A DNA stretch of 64,000 nt from Carcharhinus amblyrhynchos (lineage: Eukaryota): assembly GCA_965287045.1 (NCBI GenBank), contig OZ336881.1, positions 84,940,001 through 85,004,000 on the forward strand. The letters are read 5' to 3'. Position 1 is the stretch's first letter. Every line of letters starts with the position of its first letter. A program made the position numbers and the translations under genes. The notes beneath the pieces were generated by a model that searched no databases, was not told the DNA's origin, and was given only the letters and a program-made list of their open reading frames with translations. Shown one piece after another: positions 53,901 to 62,989 of this stretch.

Positions 53901-54325
53901 TTAAGACCCTGATGGTTTATTGCATAATGGGATTCGAGATTCTATCTTTAAAAATATTATTACACATCAATACAAAAACCATTGCAATTTGACCCGGTTT
54001 ACACTCTTTATGCTATAAAATGGAAGGATTTTGGTCTTAATAAGGTTTACTGTACCATCAGTAGTTTCCTCTCCCTCAAGAGGAGCTCCTTCGCCACTGC
54101 CATATGATGCAAAGACCATGATTTTGTATTTGGTTTCTGGTTGCAGATTCTCCAATGTTGTTGCTCTGCTATACCCAGGGACCGATTTTTGTCCACTATC
54201 GTCGTCATAGAGAGATTTCCAGGTGATACGGTAGTTGTATACATTGCCTGGAGCTGCTGTCCAAGAAGCATCGATTGTGGTTGGCGTGACATTTTCTGTT
54301 ACGAGGTCACGAGCTGAGCCAATTA
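2834..54325 (-). CDS. col12a1: Collagen type XII alpha-1 chain, partial gene: 19 internal coding exons (FN3 x3, vWA, FN3 x5); 5' and 3' ends outside the window
   Basis: Exons splice in frame with GT-AG sites and matching phases (2832 bp). The peptide is collinear with the recalled human COL12A1 sequence, e.g. [79 protein letters not shown]. Confidence 0.96.
3135..3540 (+). mobile_element. DeuSINE (SacSINE1/AmnSINE1-related), near full length; further copies at ~480..1125(+), 8210..8950(-), 27205..27450(-), 37895..38120(+), 52150..52490(-), 52965..53180(-)
   Basis: B box gggttcaagtccc; Deu-domain-like actgagggaatgctgcactgt...gtggatgtaaaagat...; tail gtaaagcattttg..catcctgag; the copies are mutually similar. 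Confidence 0.75.
3940..4175 (-). mobile_element. HE1-like V-SINE with a variant 3' end
   Basis: tRNA-derived head and V-domain (tgtgtggagttt..cattctcccc.tgtctgcgtgggtttcct). Confidence 0.85.
4980..5270 (+). mobile_element. HE1-like V-SINE
   Basis: A/B boxes (tggtacagtgg, gggttcaattcc) plus V-domain. Confidence 0.88.
6015..6318 (+). mobile_element. CR1-clade LINE 3' fragment
   Basis: gaggtgaggcggaatttcttcagccagagagtggtgaatctgtg followed by CR1 3' UTR hairpin and tail. Confidence 0.9.
8012..8154 (-). CDS. col12a1: col12a1 exon (143 bp, phase 1-0), FN3 N-half [29 protein letters not shown]...DPIDET
   Basis: Acceptor tttattcttcag; donor ACG|gtaatc. Confidence 0.94.
8266..8698 (-). mobile_element. 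CR1-clade LINE 3' end (same subfamily as 1901..2768), inserted into an older DeuSINE
   Basis: ORF 8361..8636 is CR1 C-terminus; 3' UTR nearly identical to 1901..1990. Confidence 0.93.
10177..10415 (-). mobile_element. CR1-clade LINE 3' end, second subfamily with (ttctatg)n tail; short sister fragment at ~37228..37295
   Basis: catagaacatagaa...agcacaaacaggccct...agttgcgcc shared by both copies. Confidence 0.8.
10587..10616 (-). CDS. col12a1: col12a1 micro-exon (30 bp, phase 1-1), linker (L)PIKTTAHTP(V)
   Basis: tttttaatttttcag|TGCCAATTAAGACGACTGCACATACTCCAG|gtaagc; in frame with both neighbours; resembles the recalled human linker LPILTTQA at the same position. Confidence 0.88.
10870..11350 (-). 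mobile_element. Penelope-like terminal repeat fragment; related pieces at ~6318..6395 and 63590..63755
   Basis: Shared aaatgctg...ctcag..ggtctg.cagca.ctg and hammerhead-like cores. Confidence 0.6.
12381..12513 (-). CDS. col12a1: col12a1 exon (133 bp, phase 0-1), FN3 C-half [32 protein letters not shown]...GSQRT
   Basis: Acceptor ttcttctag; donor T|gtaagt. Confidence 0.95.
12940..13860 (-). mobile_element. Decayed CR1 ORF2 internal fragment
   Basis: ORF 13077..13349 contains CR1-like [15 protein letters not shown]...ESKSGELIM. Confidence 0.75.
14780..14919 (-). CDS. col12a1: col12a1 exon (140 bp, phase 1-0), FN3 N-half [30 protein letters not shown]...TERKE
   Basis: Acceptor tttcaccacag; donor GAG|gtgaag. 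Confidence 0.94.
15005..15137 (+). mobile_element. 133-bp Penelope-type insertion with a 12-bp target-site duplication
   Basis: acagtagaaatg at 14993..15004 and 15138..15149; CpGs retained. Confidence 0.8.
15048..15086 (+). ncRNA. Minimal type-I hammerhead ribozyme motif
   Basis: attcac-CTGACGA-a-ggg(gctaa)ccc-GAA-AGCT-T-gcgagt: core intact, palindromic stem III, 5 of 6 stem I pairs. Confidence 0.6.
16505..16660 (-). mobile_element. CR1 3' UTR fragment nested in a larger GC-rich repeat (~16250..17060)
   Basis: cataag...ataggagcagaattaggtcattcggccc tail and hairpin. Confidence 0.8.
18725..19400. mobile_element. Tail-to-tail decayed CR1 fragments (+ 18725..18985; - 18990..19400), the latter carrying a MITE-like insert at ~19083..19207
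   Basis: Similarity to CR1 3' sequence in both orientations. Confidence 0.7.
19492..19621 (-). CDS. col12a1: col12a1 exon (130 bp, phase 0-1), FN3 C-half [30 protein letters not shown]...GREST
   Basis: Acceptor tttaaactgatag; donor T|gtaagt. Confidence 0.94.
20110..20810 (-). mobile_element. Decayed CR1 LINE 3' region
   Basis: Collinear with 1901..2630 but with stops and indels. Confidence 0.85.
21122..21421. repeat. 69-bp minisatellite, ~4.3 copies
   Basis: Unit acaggtacagcac(g/t)gggttagatacagagtaaagctccctctacactgtccccatcaaacactcccagg starts at 21122, 21191, 21260, 21329 and 21398. Confidence 0.97.
21900..22600 (-). mobile_element. Decayed CR1 RT-region fragment
   Basis: ggtaccttatcaaatgccttctggaaatctaag is the reverse of the [13 protein letters not shown] motif. 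Confidence 0.8.
23855..23994 (-). CDS. col12a1: col12a1 exon (140 bp, phase 1-0), FN3 N-half [28 protein letters not shown]...EGVKE
   Basis: Acceptor tttccacag; donor GAG|gtgagt. Confidence 0.95.
25824..25951. mobile_element. MITE-like element with perfect 17-bp terminal inverted repeats; related short elements at ~11922..12062, 17229..17356, 18290..18415, 19083..19207, 24195..24323, 45448..45558, 49905..50121, 57428..57587
   Basis: ttgccggaattttactg (25824..25840) and cagtaaaattccggcaa (25935..25951); the other copies have ggc.gga.tt.t...a.aatt.c.gcc-type ends. Confidence 0.75.
26186..26315 (-). CDS. col12a1: col12a1 exon (130 bp, phase 0-1), FN3 C-half [30 protein letters not shown]...VQETT
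   Basis: Acceptor tttctcttacag; donor C|gtaaga. Confidence 0.95.
28815..30362 (+). mobile_element. Decayed CR1 LINE (RT region to 3' UTR), interrupted by an antisense CR1 3' end at ~30004..30320
   Basis: [11 protein letters not shown]-, LDF..FDKV- and FADD-like codons with stops; the host 3' UTR hairpin resumes after the insert. Confidence 0.9.
32283..32428 (-). CDS. col12a1: col12a1 exon (146 bp, phase 1-0), FN3 N-half [25 protein letters not shown]...PTVEKE
   Basis: Acceptor cattaacag; donor GAG|gtatca. Confidence 0.93.
32640..32950 (-). mobile_element. LF-SINE-like element, decayed; second relic at ~3560..3750
   Basis: Minus strand gtcaggttgaggcacattgctggggcagtg resembles the recalled LF-SINE 3' segment; the two copies resemble each other. 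Confidence 0.55.
32990..33665 (-). mobile_element. Two adjacent HE1-like SINEs (32990..33318 and a more decayed 33345..33665)
   Basis: V-domain and LINE-derived tail (catagaa...tacagtgcagaaggaggcc). Confidence 0.88.
34266..34395 (-). CDS. col12a1: col12a1 exon (130 bp, phase 0-1), FN3 C-half [27 protein letters not shown]...SGTETT
   Basis: Acceptor gctgttttag; donor T|gtgagt; LxPxTEY motif. Confidence 0.95.
35103..35242 (-). CDS. col12a1: col12a1 exon (140 bp, phase 1-0), FN3 N-half [23 protein letters not shown]...GGRTEE
   Basis: Acceptor tgctttag; donor GAG|gttagt. Confidence 0.95.
35995..37690 (-). mobile_element. Decayed CR1 LINE in two pieces (35995..36481 and ~37305..37690) split by later insertions
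   Basis: acatccttcc...|...ccagaactgtacacagtattcc are contiguous in the CR1 copy at 2418..2462. Confidence 0.75.
36482..37225 (+). mobile_element. Putative solo LTR inserted into a CR1 copy
   Basis: Begins TG exactly at the CR1 breakpoint; TATAAAA near 36833; AATAAA near 37067 and 37123; no long ORF. Confidence 0.4.
38662..38808 (-). CDS. col12a1: col12a1 exon (147 bp), vWA end [28 protein letters not shown]...[14 protein letters not shown]
   Basis: Acceptor ctttttttag; donor A|gtatga; read manually on the minus strand. Confidence 0.95.
38850..39200 (+). mobile_element. tRNA-headed SINE sharing its 3' tail with LINE fragments at ~13860..14190(-), 15775..16200(+), 35300..35670(+), 59690..60010(-)
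   Basis: B box gggttcgaatccc; common tail ggg.atggg.aa.aaatgct.gcct. Confidence 0.65.
40464..40628 (-). CDS. col12a1: col12a1 exon (165 bp), v[40 protein letters not shown]...VELYAV
   Basis: Acceptor tttgcctcag; donor G|gtaagt; ITDG motif. Confidence 0.96.
41215..42470 (+). mobile_element. Old CR1 3' region interrupted by an HE1 SINE (-) and an antisense CR1 3' end at ~42096..42365
   Basis: CR1-like sequence resumes after each insert; the 42096 insert closely matches the 30004 insert. Confidence 0.75.
41578..41895 (-). mobile_element. HE1-like V-SINE
   Basis: Head, V-domain and tail all present. Confidence 0.88.
42509..42628 (-). CDS. col12a1: col12a1 exon (120 bp), v[42 protein letters not shown]
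   Basis: Acceptor tattcag; donor G|gtagg; preceded by a 105-bp intron. Confidence 0.96.
42734..42883 (-). CDS. col12a1: col12a1 exon (150 bp), vWA domain start [27 protein letters not shown]...RRVQF
   Basis: MIDAS DxSxS motif (DGSWS); acceptor gtgacag; donor G|gtaagt. Confidence 0.96.
43320..43645 (-). mobile_element. HE1-like V-SINE, full length
   Basis: Head, V-domain and (ttctatga)n tail. Confidence 0.9.
47228..47525 (+). mobile_element. Unassigned tRNA-headed SINE family; related copies at ~28080..28375(+) and ~890..1015(-)
   Basis: Shared blocks: gtggcaca.tgggta.cgt, gat.atca.cct...atccttcca, gtaagagtgggagag, gacct.ttccaggaaaa. Confidence 0.65.
47654..47778 (-). CDS. col12a1: col12a1 exon (125 bp, phase 2-1), FN3 C-part plus linker [41 protein letters not shown]
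   Basis: Acceptor tatttgcag; donor CAG|gtaac; absent from the ORF track; phases join the flanking exons. Confidence 0.94.
48070..48530 (-). mobile_element. Decayed L2-like LINE fragment (similar pieces near 24640..24930 and 62160..62330)
   Basis: Resemblance to recalled L2 3' region; heavily diverged. Confidence 0.45.
51616..51808 (-). CDS. col12a1: col12a1 exon (193 bp, phase 1-2), FN3 N-part [15 protein letters not shown]...[13 protein letters not shown]
   Basis: Acceptor ctcttcatcag; donor AG|gtaaac; overlaps ORF 51612..51836. Confidence 0.95.
52646..52915 (-). CDS. col12a1: col12a1 exon (270 bp, phase 1-1), FN3 domain [27 protein letters not shown]...[12 protein letters not shown]
   Basis: Acceptor taaacag; donor G|gtgag; overlaps ORF 52614..52859. 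Confidence 0.94.
53210..53405 (+). mobile_element. HE1-like SINE, 3' half (another 3' half at ~55038..55220)
   Basis: ggttaggttgattggccatgctaa...actcgatgggccaa...tgcactgtag. Confidence 0.85.
54056..54325 (-). CDS. col12a1: col12a1 exon (270 bp, phase 1-1), complete FN3 domain [26 protein letters not shown]...[13 protein letters not shown]
   Basis: Acceptor tatttcccag; donor G|gtacag; open frame; FN3 Trp/Tyr pattern. Confidence 0.92.
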
Positions 54326-56957
54326 CTGGGAAATAAATAGATTGGTGAAAAGTGAGTTTCAGACCAATAATTTTTGGATTCGGTCACAATGCTACAAAAT
54401 CAGCTGTGGCAATCTTTTCACTTGTTAATAGGAGATGGGAAGAAGCTGTTCACACAAGGATAACAACGAGAGGAGACAGATTTATGATGGTTTGTAGAAG
54501 AGTCAGGGGAGGTGAGAATTTCCTTTTTTACTCAGTGCATTGTTATGATCTGGAATGTTCTAGCTAAAAGAGTGATGAAAGCTGAAATGATCTTGCTCAT
54601 ACAAACTGCCTGTGAGTATTTGGTTGTGTTTTGACAGAATAATTATTTAGTCCAGAAGGGTTTTTTTTATTGTGTGAGAACTGAGGCATTTTTTTTCCCT
54701 GAAGGTAGCAGTTGGATCATGCTTATATCTGTGTGAGTAAAGGAGCAAGAAGAAAACATGGAACAGAAAAGAGTTTTGTGATCCAATAGTCTTGTTGCTT
54801 CCATATAGTTAATTCTATCATGGATTCTACCCAACTCGTTTAATCTCTGAGAAGAGCTTCTGCAGTCTTCCCTACTAACGCCAAGCAGCACTGAAAGATG
54901 CTGAGGCAATTTTATATACTACATTACTCATTCCTCTCTAGTTGCCTTCTTTGTCTGCATGATTTCAACATTCCCAATAGCTCAGGACCTTCCAATTTCT
55001 CCCATCCAAACGTAATTATCCTTAAATGTGCACTAATCAGTCCAAAGTTGTGCAGGTAGTTAGGTGCAGTGGCCATGCTAAATCACCCCTTGGTGTGCCA
55101 GGATGCATACATTAGAGGGATTTATTGGGTTACAGGGATAGGGCCTAGGTGGGATGGTTGTCAGTGCCGACTCGATAGGTCAAATAGCCTCCAACTGAAC
55201 TGTAGGGATTCTATGATTCATCTGGCTCCTTCTTAATGATGTTTGACAAAAAAGAGTGTTTATGTTTGTGTATTGGGGGGCGGGGGGGTGTGCAGGGAGG
55301 TGAAATTTGGACTTGATGTCAGCTTCTTTTATGATACTCCTCATAAAGTGGCCATGGAGCAATATGAAACAGGCTAACAATTTCCACTCCTGTTATTAGA
55401 ATATTGCCCAAAGTCCTGATCTACCCTGTGTACATCAATGTGAGCATCCACATGCGCAGGTTATCTGGCTCAGCTGGTCCCATTCCAGGGAATCAGGAGT
55501 ATACTCTAGGCTGTTGCTCCTGTGTGATACTGAAGGAGTCTTAATTAAGGCATTGTCATTGCGGTAAGGATAGGAATGGTGGAATTGGCGTTCTCTTGGA
55601 AACGTCCCATCTAACTGGTCAACAGATTACATCATGCAAAGCAATAGGCGTGAACGGTTTTGGGAAATGATTCATAAAACTATTAAATCTTATAGCACTG
55701 AAAGAGGCCATTTTGTGTATTTAATGGTGCTTTGCTATATCAATCCAAAACTAAACTTGGAGCTCCATTACATTCTGCTTTGAATACTCATTCCATTTAA
55801 AATGGACTTGAACTCAACTAATCCCTGTGGGAAAGCATTCAGCTCAATAACAAAATCGCAGAAAAGCACCTTCCAGAAAAAATAGAAAGATACCTGCCCT
55901 GTACAATAAGATGTTTAGTCCCTTCCACCGTTATACTCACTGGGGCTTTTTGAAACAATCTATTTGGCAGTTCCCCCTTCCTGGACTGTTCTTATATCAC
56001 CTAGTGCTGGTTGCTTTTTTCAGTTCGCCCGCCAAAGAAACACAATCTTATTTTTATTTATTATCACATTCCCCATTTCCCAAACCTCACCCCCAGTGGT
56101 TCATCTCTCCATGCGCCATGTATCTCTCCATTGTTTGCAAGCAGCGAACTGTGAATATATATGAGATATCTGTGCAGATGTTTTAGATAGTCTCAGTGGG
56201 CCCCAGATGTAGGAGCCAATTTAATATAACATCCAGATGGTAATCACCATATATTTTACACAGTGTGTGCCTGGCTGAAGTCCCACAATGCAACAGTCTC
56301 CCTGCAATTCTGAAGCGAGAGGTCTCACTATGTTATCTTTGACTATTAGACATCAGTAAGCTGCCTTTGAATCTGACTGAGTTCGGTGCAATGTTGCTCA
56401 ATTATTTTCTTTATGCACAATTCATGTAAAATTTAAAAGCTATTTCCGTCAATGCCAATCCTCAGCTTGAGCCAATAAAAGAGAAGCAAGCAAAAAAATA
56501 GTTATGGAAGATAAGCTAATCATTTTTGAATAACATTCCAGGACTTCTTTCCAAATGGGTTTAGAGCCTGGCTTTTGGGATTTATTTGACAAAAACACAG
56601 AAATAATGGTTTTCTTTTATTTTTGCGTTGATCCAAATCTATTTGACCCCAGTTACTGAACAGAATGAATAGTTTATTTATTTGTGTTTAAACAGGATAT
56701 CTCATTACAGCAAGAAGACCAAAAATAATTCATCAAACAAATTCTGTTTGAAGAGACTACTGGCATACCCCGAAGCTTCATAGAACACTGGTTATGCCTC
56801 AGGTATAAGAATGTGTCCTGGGCACTCACTTTTAGGAAGGATCTCCAGGCCTTGGAGAGGATGCAAAGGAGGTTTAGCATGGATGAGGGACTTCAATTAT
56901 ATTTAGAGATGAATTGGCTTGTTCCCTGGAATTGTGGAGATTGGGAGGTGACCTAAT

Positions 56958-57268
56958 GAGTGACACGTTGGCACTGCTGCCTCACAGTGCCAGAGACTCG
57001 GGTTTGACTCCAGGCTTGGATCACTGTCTGTGTGCAGTCTGCACATTCTCCCCGTATCTGTGTGGGTTTCCTCCAGGTGCTCCAGCTTCCTCCCACAGTC
57101 CGAAGATGTGCTGGTTAGGTGAATTGGTCATGCTAAATTGCCCCTTACTGTCACGGGCACTAGCTAGGGTAAATGCATGGGGTTATGGGGATAGGGCCTG
57201 GGTGGGGTTGCGGTCAGTACAGACACATTGGGCTGAATGGCCTCCTCCTGAACTGTAGGATTCTAAGA
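56958..57268 (+). mobile_element. HE1-like V-SINE inserted in a decayed CR1 (~56780..57740)
   Basis: V-domain and tail; CR1-like flanks. Confidence 0.88.
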
Positions 57269-58669
57269 ATCCAACTGTGATCACTCAAGATACCATTCAG
57301 AACTGGTCCCCTTTGAGCAGAGAAGATTCAGGGAAGAATGAACAGAGATTCTAAAAAGTTCAAGTCGACTAAATAAGCAATAAACTTTCAACTAGTAAAA
57401 TTGTTTGTAATCAGGGAATAGAGATTTTGGGTTGGATTTTCCACCACGATGCCCCATCCCCGCGCCCAATGTTTTCTCCAACACTGGAGGCGGCTTGCCA
57501 TTGGTCACAGCTGTCATCTCCCACTATTGCTGGGGTACCCGCTGCTGGGGGCTGGAACCAGTTGGAAAGGTCAGAAAATCTTGCCCTTAAAATAATTGGC
57601 ATCAAAACCAGCAGAGATGAGAACACACTGCCCAGAAGGGGCTCGATCTTTCAACGGGAAACTGGATAAATACTGGAAAAGGAAAAAAATTACAACAATT
57701 TAGGGAAAGACCAAAAGAGGGGGAAATAATTGAACAGGTCGAAGAAACTTAGCCATATTCTGAGTTGAGCGAACCAACAATTATTTTCCTGATGGTATTC
57801 CTATGGGATCATGGGGAATTATACCATTTGGTATCAGGGTGAACTATAGCAATGAGAACATCCAACACTTTAATCCCTGGTTTTATGTAGCTGGTCTCAG
57901 CCAGTGAAGTAGACACTGCTGGAACTGAGCAAAAGACGATTTGAAAAGTAATCAGCTTTCCAGCCAGGAAAGTTCACACTAGTTAAAAGGTGAAAACTCA
58001 TCAGTGATGCTCCACCCATTGTCTATGACCCTCAAACACTGATTTTAACCTGACCTCCCCAGCCTTATCATGGCGTGGGGAGATTTGCAATCAGACACCC
58101 GGTGGTATCAAGAGAATATGAGATTGGGGAAGTGAGATAAACAAAGATTGATGCACAGGAGACAAAAGCTTTGATAGAATACTCCAAAAAACCTAGCAAA
58201 ACCAAGACAGGGTCCCAACACCCAACTCCCAGCTGATACATGATCCCTCAGGGATGTGTTAACTTGCTCTCTTTACATCCTGCAACACATTGTTCAGTCA
58301 TAAGAAGTGATTTTGAGAAAAGCCATCTGCTAGGAAGATTAGTCTGCACTTTCACAGAATTCGAGTACTTATGCTGAAATATTTTGTCTGCTGCGTTCAC
58401 TAATGTTCCCGAGGCATTTTCCAGAGTTTTGATGGACTCTGCTGCAAAGCCTACTTAGTTTCCACACTTCAGGCGCATGCTATCAACTGACAAATCCTGG
58501 CCATGACAGTACACAGTAACTGCAAACCACATACCATTCTGACAAGACCAGAAGATATTTATTGTTTTAACTTCAGAGATTTATATACTCTATGGAAAAG
58601 TGGCAAATGCACAAGGATAACAGTTTTGTTTGTGCGGTTTGCATGAAAATTTAAATTTGCATTTTTTTT

Positions 58670-58995
58670 TCATAGAATCATAGAATCCCTACAGTGCAGA
58701 AAGAGCCCATTTGGCTTATCAAGTCTGCGCCAACTACTATCCCATCCAGGCCCTATCCCCATAACGCGTCTTATTTACCCTACTAACCTCCCTGACAGCA
58801 AGGGGCAATTTACCATGGCCAATTAACCCTAACCTGTACATCTTTGGAGTGTAGGAGAAAACCTGAGCACCTGGAGGAACCCCACGCAGACACGGGGAGA
58901 ATGTGCAAACTCCACATAGGCAGTGACCCAAGGCCAGAATTGAACCCGGGTTCCTGGCGTTGTGAGGCAACAGTGCTAACTGTGCCACGGTGCCG
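58670..58995 (-). mobile_element. HE1-like V-SINE
   Basis: Head, V-domain and tail. Confidence 0.9.
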
Positions 58996-59219
58996 GTCAG
59001 TGTTTCATTTGACCCCAACTTCCGTCTGACTGAGAAACCATGTGGCAGTGCAGAGGAACCATTAATGCATCCACACCATTAATAAATCCAGCGAACTGCA
59101 TAGAATCTCACTTCCGCTCTCTTCAGCCAGTGTCAGAAATTTGATGGCCAAAATCTGACTACATTATTTGAAAGGGAAAACAATGGTCAGTTGTTGCCTA
59201 AAATGGTGTCGACTGTGAC

Positions 59220-59500
59220 TCATTTGGAAGCACACTTGCTTTGGAGTGAGGCAGTACATTCCAGATCACTCTCTATGTAATAAACAAATCCTACTCATCT
59301 CCTCTTACACTAAATCTGTACATCTGGTCACTGACTCTCCTACTAGCGTAAACAGTTTCTCCTTATCTAAATTATTTAAACACTTCATAATTTTGAAATC
59401 TCCACCTAATTTTAAGGAGCCTGAATCTTGAGTGATTCGTGGTAGACTGATCACGGAAATACAGCCAAACGTATTCAACCTTTCCTGAGATAATTTAATC
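59220..59500 (-). mobile_element. Highly decayed CR1 fragment
   Basis: ORF 59305..59541 contains KIMKCLNNLDKEKLFTLVGESVTR. Confidence 0.65.
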
Positions 59501-60789
59501 CTCAAAGCCAGGTTCCTTTGTGTTGAACTAGGTTGGTTCATTATCAGGTGACAGAGGGTGACAGTGACAGGGATTCAGGGAGAGGCAGACAGAAAGTGAA
59601 TGAGAGAACAGGAAAGAGACAGAGAGAAAGAAACAAAAAGAATGATCTCATTGCCCAGAAATTAAAATGAAGAAATGCTTTTTATCCATTACTCTTGGGA
59701 ATGTGTGTCACTGGTAAGGTCTGTTGCATTTTGTCCATCGGAAATTGACTTTGATTAGGTGATAGTGAGCCACTCCTTGAACTGCTGCAGTCCATGCAGT
59801 GTAGGTACACCTGGAGTGTTGTTAGGGAGGGAGTTCCAGGTTTTGATCCAGTGAAGGATATAATTCCAAGCCAGGATTATGTGTGGCTTGGAGAGAGCTT
59901 TTAGGTGGTTGCGTTCCGATGTGTCTGCTGCCTTTGCCCTTCTAGACGATGGCAGCCTGAGGTGCAGTTCTGTGTCACTGAAGGAGCCTTGCTGAGTTGC
60001 TGATAACTCAGATGATGACCTGTGATAGAATGGCAAATCTCTGGTTTTCCTCCCTAATCTTAAGTGTATGAAACCCATTTACTCATCTTAAAAATTACTG
60101 ATGAAAAAGCTTCTAAATCTCAGTCCTGTACGCAACCAACTAAAGTGTTTTGTGCTATTAAGCCAGTTACAGTGTAATATTTTTAACTAGCTCAGCTTTT
60201 CTACTTTTCTTTCATTCTTTGTATCTCTTTCCATGCCAAACAACATTTCTGACCCAGAATGCAAACCAGAAGACCTGAACCTAGCTTCTCCCAAAGCCAA
60301 GCAAAAATTCCTTCAGCCCATCAAATCCACTCTACCCAGAGTTCAAGTCTATTATTCCCTCAAGAACATCCTTGCCATACCCTTTTGATTCCCTGCTTTG
60401 AATGAATATTATATTCCTTCGTCGACTTCCAGTGGAAAATGCCCCTATGGTCCTGAGAAGTGGCTCTGCAATGCTTAATCCTGTTTCTCTGCAGATATCA
60501 AGCAAGCTAAATTTAAAGCGACTGATCTTGATCATTTTTTCTACATCTTCCCTAGCCTATGGGGAAATAAACTTCTCTAATCCCTCACCCTGCTTGGGGT
60601 TTGTGAATATTTGTACCTGTAATTACCATTTATTCCCACCTCCACTATTCCTTCCAGTGGCAAGTATTTTAACTGTATGAGTGGACCCTGGAATGCCTCC
60701 ATCACCAGGCACTCCCACCCCCACTACCATTAAAATTGAGAATTGCCTTTAAATTGGAACAACAGTATTAATGTCCCACCATAATGGGA

Positions 60790-61180
60790 CAGCACGTTGT
60801 GAGTCCTTATTGAGATCTATAGGATTCCCTGGGGGCTTGACAGGGTAAGTACTGAGAGGTTGTTTCCCCTTGTGGGACAGGCTAGGACCAGAAAGCACAA
60901 TCTCAGAATAAAGAATCGTCCATTTAAGACAGAGGTGAGGAGGACTTTCTTCTCTCAGAGGGAGTGAATCTGTGGAATTCTTTGCCACAGAGAGGTGTAG
61001 AGGCTGGGTCATTAAGTATGTTCAAGGCTGAGGTACAGAGATCAATAAGGGAATCAAGGGTTAAGGGATAAGGCGGGGAAGTGGAGTTGAGGATTATCAG
61101 ATCAGTCTTGATCTCATTGAAAAATGGAGAAGACTCGGTGGGCTGAATGGCCTACTTCAGCTCCTACATCTTATGATTTT
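60790..61180 (+). mobile_element. CR1 LINE 3' fragment
   Basis: tttaagacagaggtgaggaggactttcttctctcagagggagtgaatctgtggaattct plus 3' UTR hairpin. Confidence 0.88.
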
Positions 61181-61439
61181 ATATTTGGACAGCATGTTGC
61201 GAATCTCTACATTCCATACCATTTTGTTTTTAATCTTTTTTTTCAGTTTATTTTTGGTATATGAATGTTGAGACCAGTATTTCTCATCAATATCTAGTTA
61301 CCATGAGCCAAGCAGCTTGTTAGTCATTTCAGAAAGCAGTGGAGAGTCAACTGCATCAGTGTGGGACTGGACTTACATGTTGTCTCGATCAGGAAAGGAC
61401 TTTGGTGAACCAGTTGGGTCATTTTTACTTTTATTTTTT

Positions 61440-61778
61440 GGGTGGCACACTGCTTAGCACTGCTGCTTCACAACTCCAGGGACCTGGGTTCGATTCTCGG
61501 CTTGGGTCACTGTCTGTGTGGAGTTTGCACATTCTCCTTGTGTCTGCGTGGGTTTCCTCCAGAAGCTCTGGTTTCCTCCCACAGTCCAAAGATGTGCAGG
61601 TTAGGTTGATTGGCTGTGCTAAAATTGTTCCTTAGTTTCCTGAGATGAGTAGGTTAGAGGGATTAGCGGATAAATATGTAAGGATATGGGGGTAGGGAAT
61701 GGGTGGGATTGTGGTTGGTGCAGACTCGATGGGCCAAATGGCCTCTTTCTGCACTGTAGGGTTTCTATGATTTCTATA
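61440..61778 (+). mobile_element. HE1-like V-SINE
   Basis: B box gggttcgattc, V-domain and tail. Confidence 0.9.
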
Positions 61779-62989
61779 ATTTATAAATTCATCTTCTCAA
61801 AGTGCCATGGTGGGATCTGAAGTCAAAATTACTGGATTATTAGTTCAGGTCTAAAGAAGCTAATATAATCACTGCATGACTGTATCAGGTTGTAATTACA
61901 GCAGCAAAATGAAAATCAGGCCCATATATCATTCAAGGCCAAAACATTCAGCCACCCCTGTTATGAATTTGCAAGACAGTCTTTGAAGAAACCGCATCAA
62001 TTGTTATATTCAACTTATCCAAATTTTATCGAATGCTTACAACAAAGTTGTTAAAATGGGGAATGATATCATGACCATTAGTCAAGAGGGAAAAATGTAA
62101 AACCCATTCCATTTTCCATGCTGGCCCTTGTTATTTAGTGATCTTTCCATAATTTGCAGAGTCCTGCCGAGACCCCAAGAGACAGTACGCTGGAGTCGCT
62201 GCAGCTCCTCATAGTTCTGGTTTCACCAGCTGCAATGAGAAGGATGACTCTCGATCCCGGTCTCTTCATTAAGCAGCACTTTGCCAAAACAAACCCTTGT
62301 AGAATCAACTCTTCTTGATTCAATTTTAATCTTGAGACAATGCAGACAGTGCTTTCCACGGTTCAGGGTCATGACTTTCACTGCCCCCGCCCCCACCCCC
62401 TCATATCCCCATCTCCTTGCTTCTCTCTGTGGGATGATTTCACGCAATTTACTTCTTCTGAATAATTTGCTCCGCATAACCAAGTTCTTTTCTTAAAAAT
62501 TCTACTTTTTCTCCCTTTCTCTCCCACTTGTGCTGCCAGTTACTGAGGTTTCCTTTAAAATACACCCTCTGGGATTTCAGCCAAATTACTGTATGTCCAA
62601 GTTGTCAAGTTCAAGCCCAGATATTAGGTTTTAGCACAATAAAAATGTTCTGTCCTTTATTCATTCTGGGGCTGTCCGTTTGCTGGCAGTTAATGCCCGT
62701 TTGTAGTTGTTGGTTTGATGCAACTGAAGTGGACTTGCTAAGTTATTTCAGAGGGTCGATCAGTCTGGAGCAGACCAGGTAAGGAGTCTTGTCCTTATGG
62801 ACATTGACGAGCCAGACGGTTTTTTTAAACAACCACTCAACAGCTTCATGGTCACTTTTACTGGTGCTAACTCTTTATTTCCAAGGTTGTTTTTTTAAAC
62901 TGAAGTCAAGTTATCAAACTGCTATGGTAGGACTTGAAGAGACAGTTGTTCTTTACATTAGGACTATTATGTTACTAAAAAGACAGCTA

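Noticed and set aside
2834-54325. col14a1, col20a1, fibronectin or tenascin identity
   Set aside because: At least three FN3 domains precede and five follow this vWA domain, and the peptides are collinear with recalled COL12A1.
56914-57258. Protein family suggested by recurring ORFs like [19 protein letters not shown]
   Set aside because: These are translations of the HE1 SINE V-domain, not genes.
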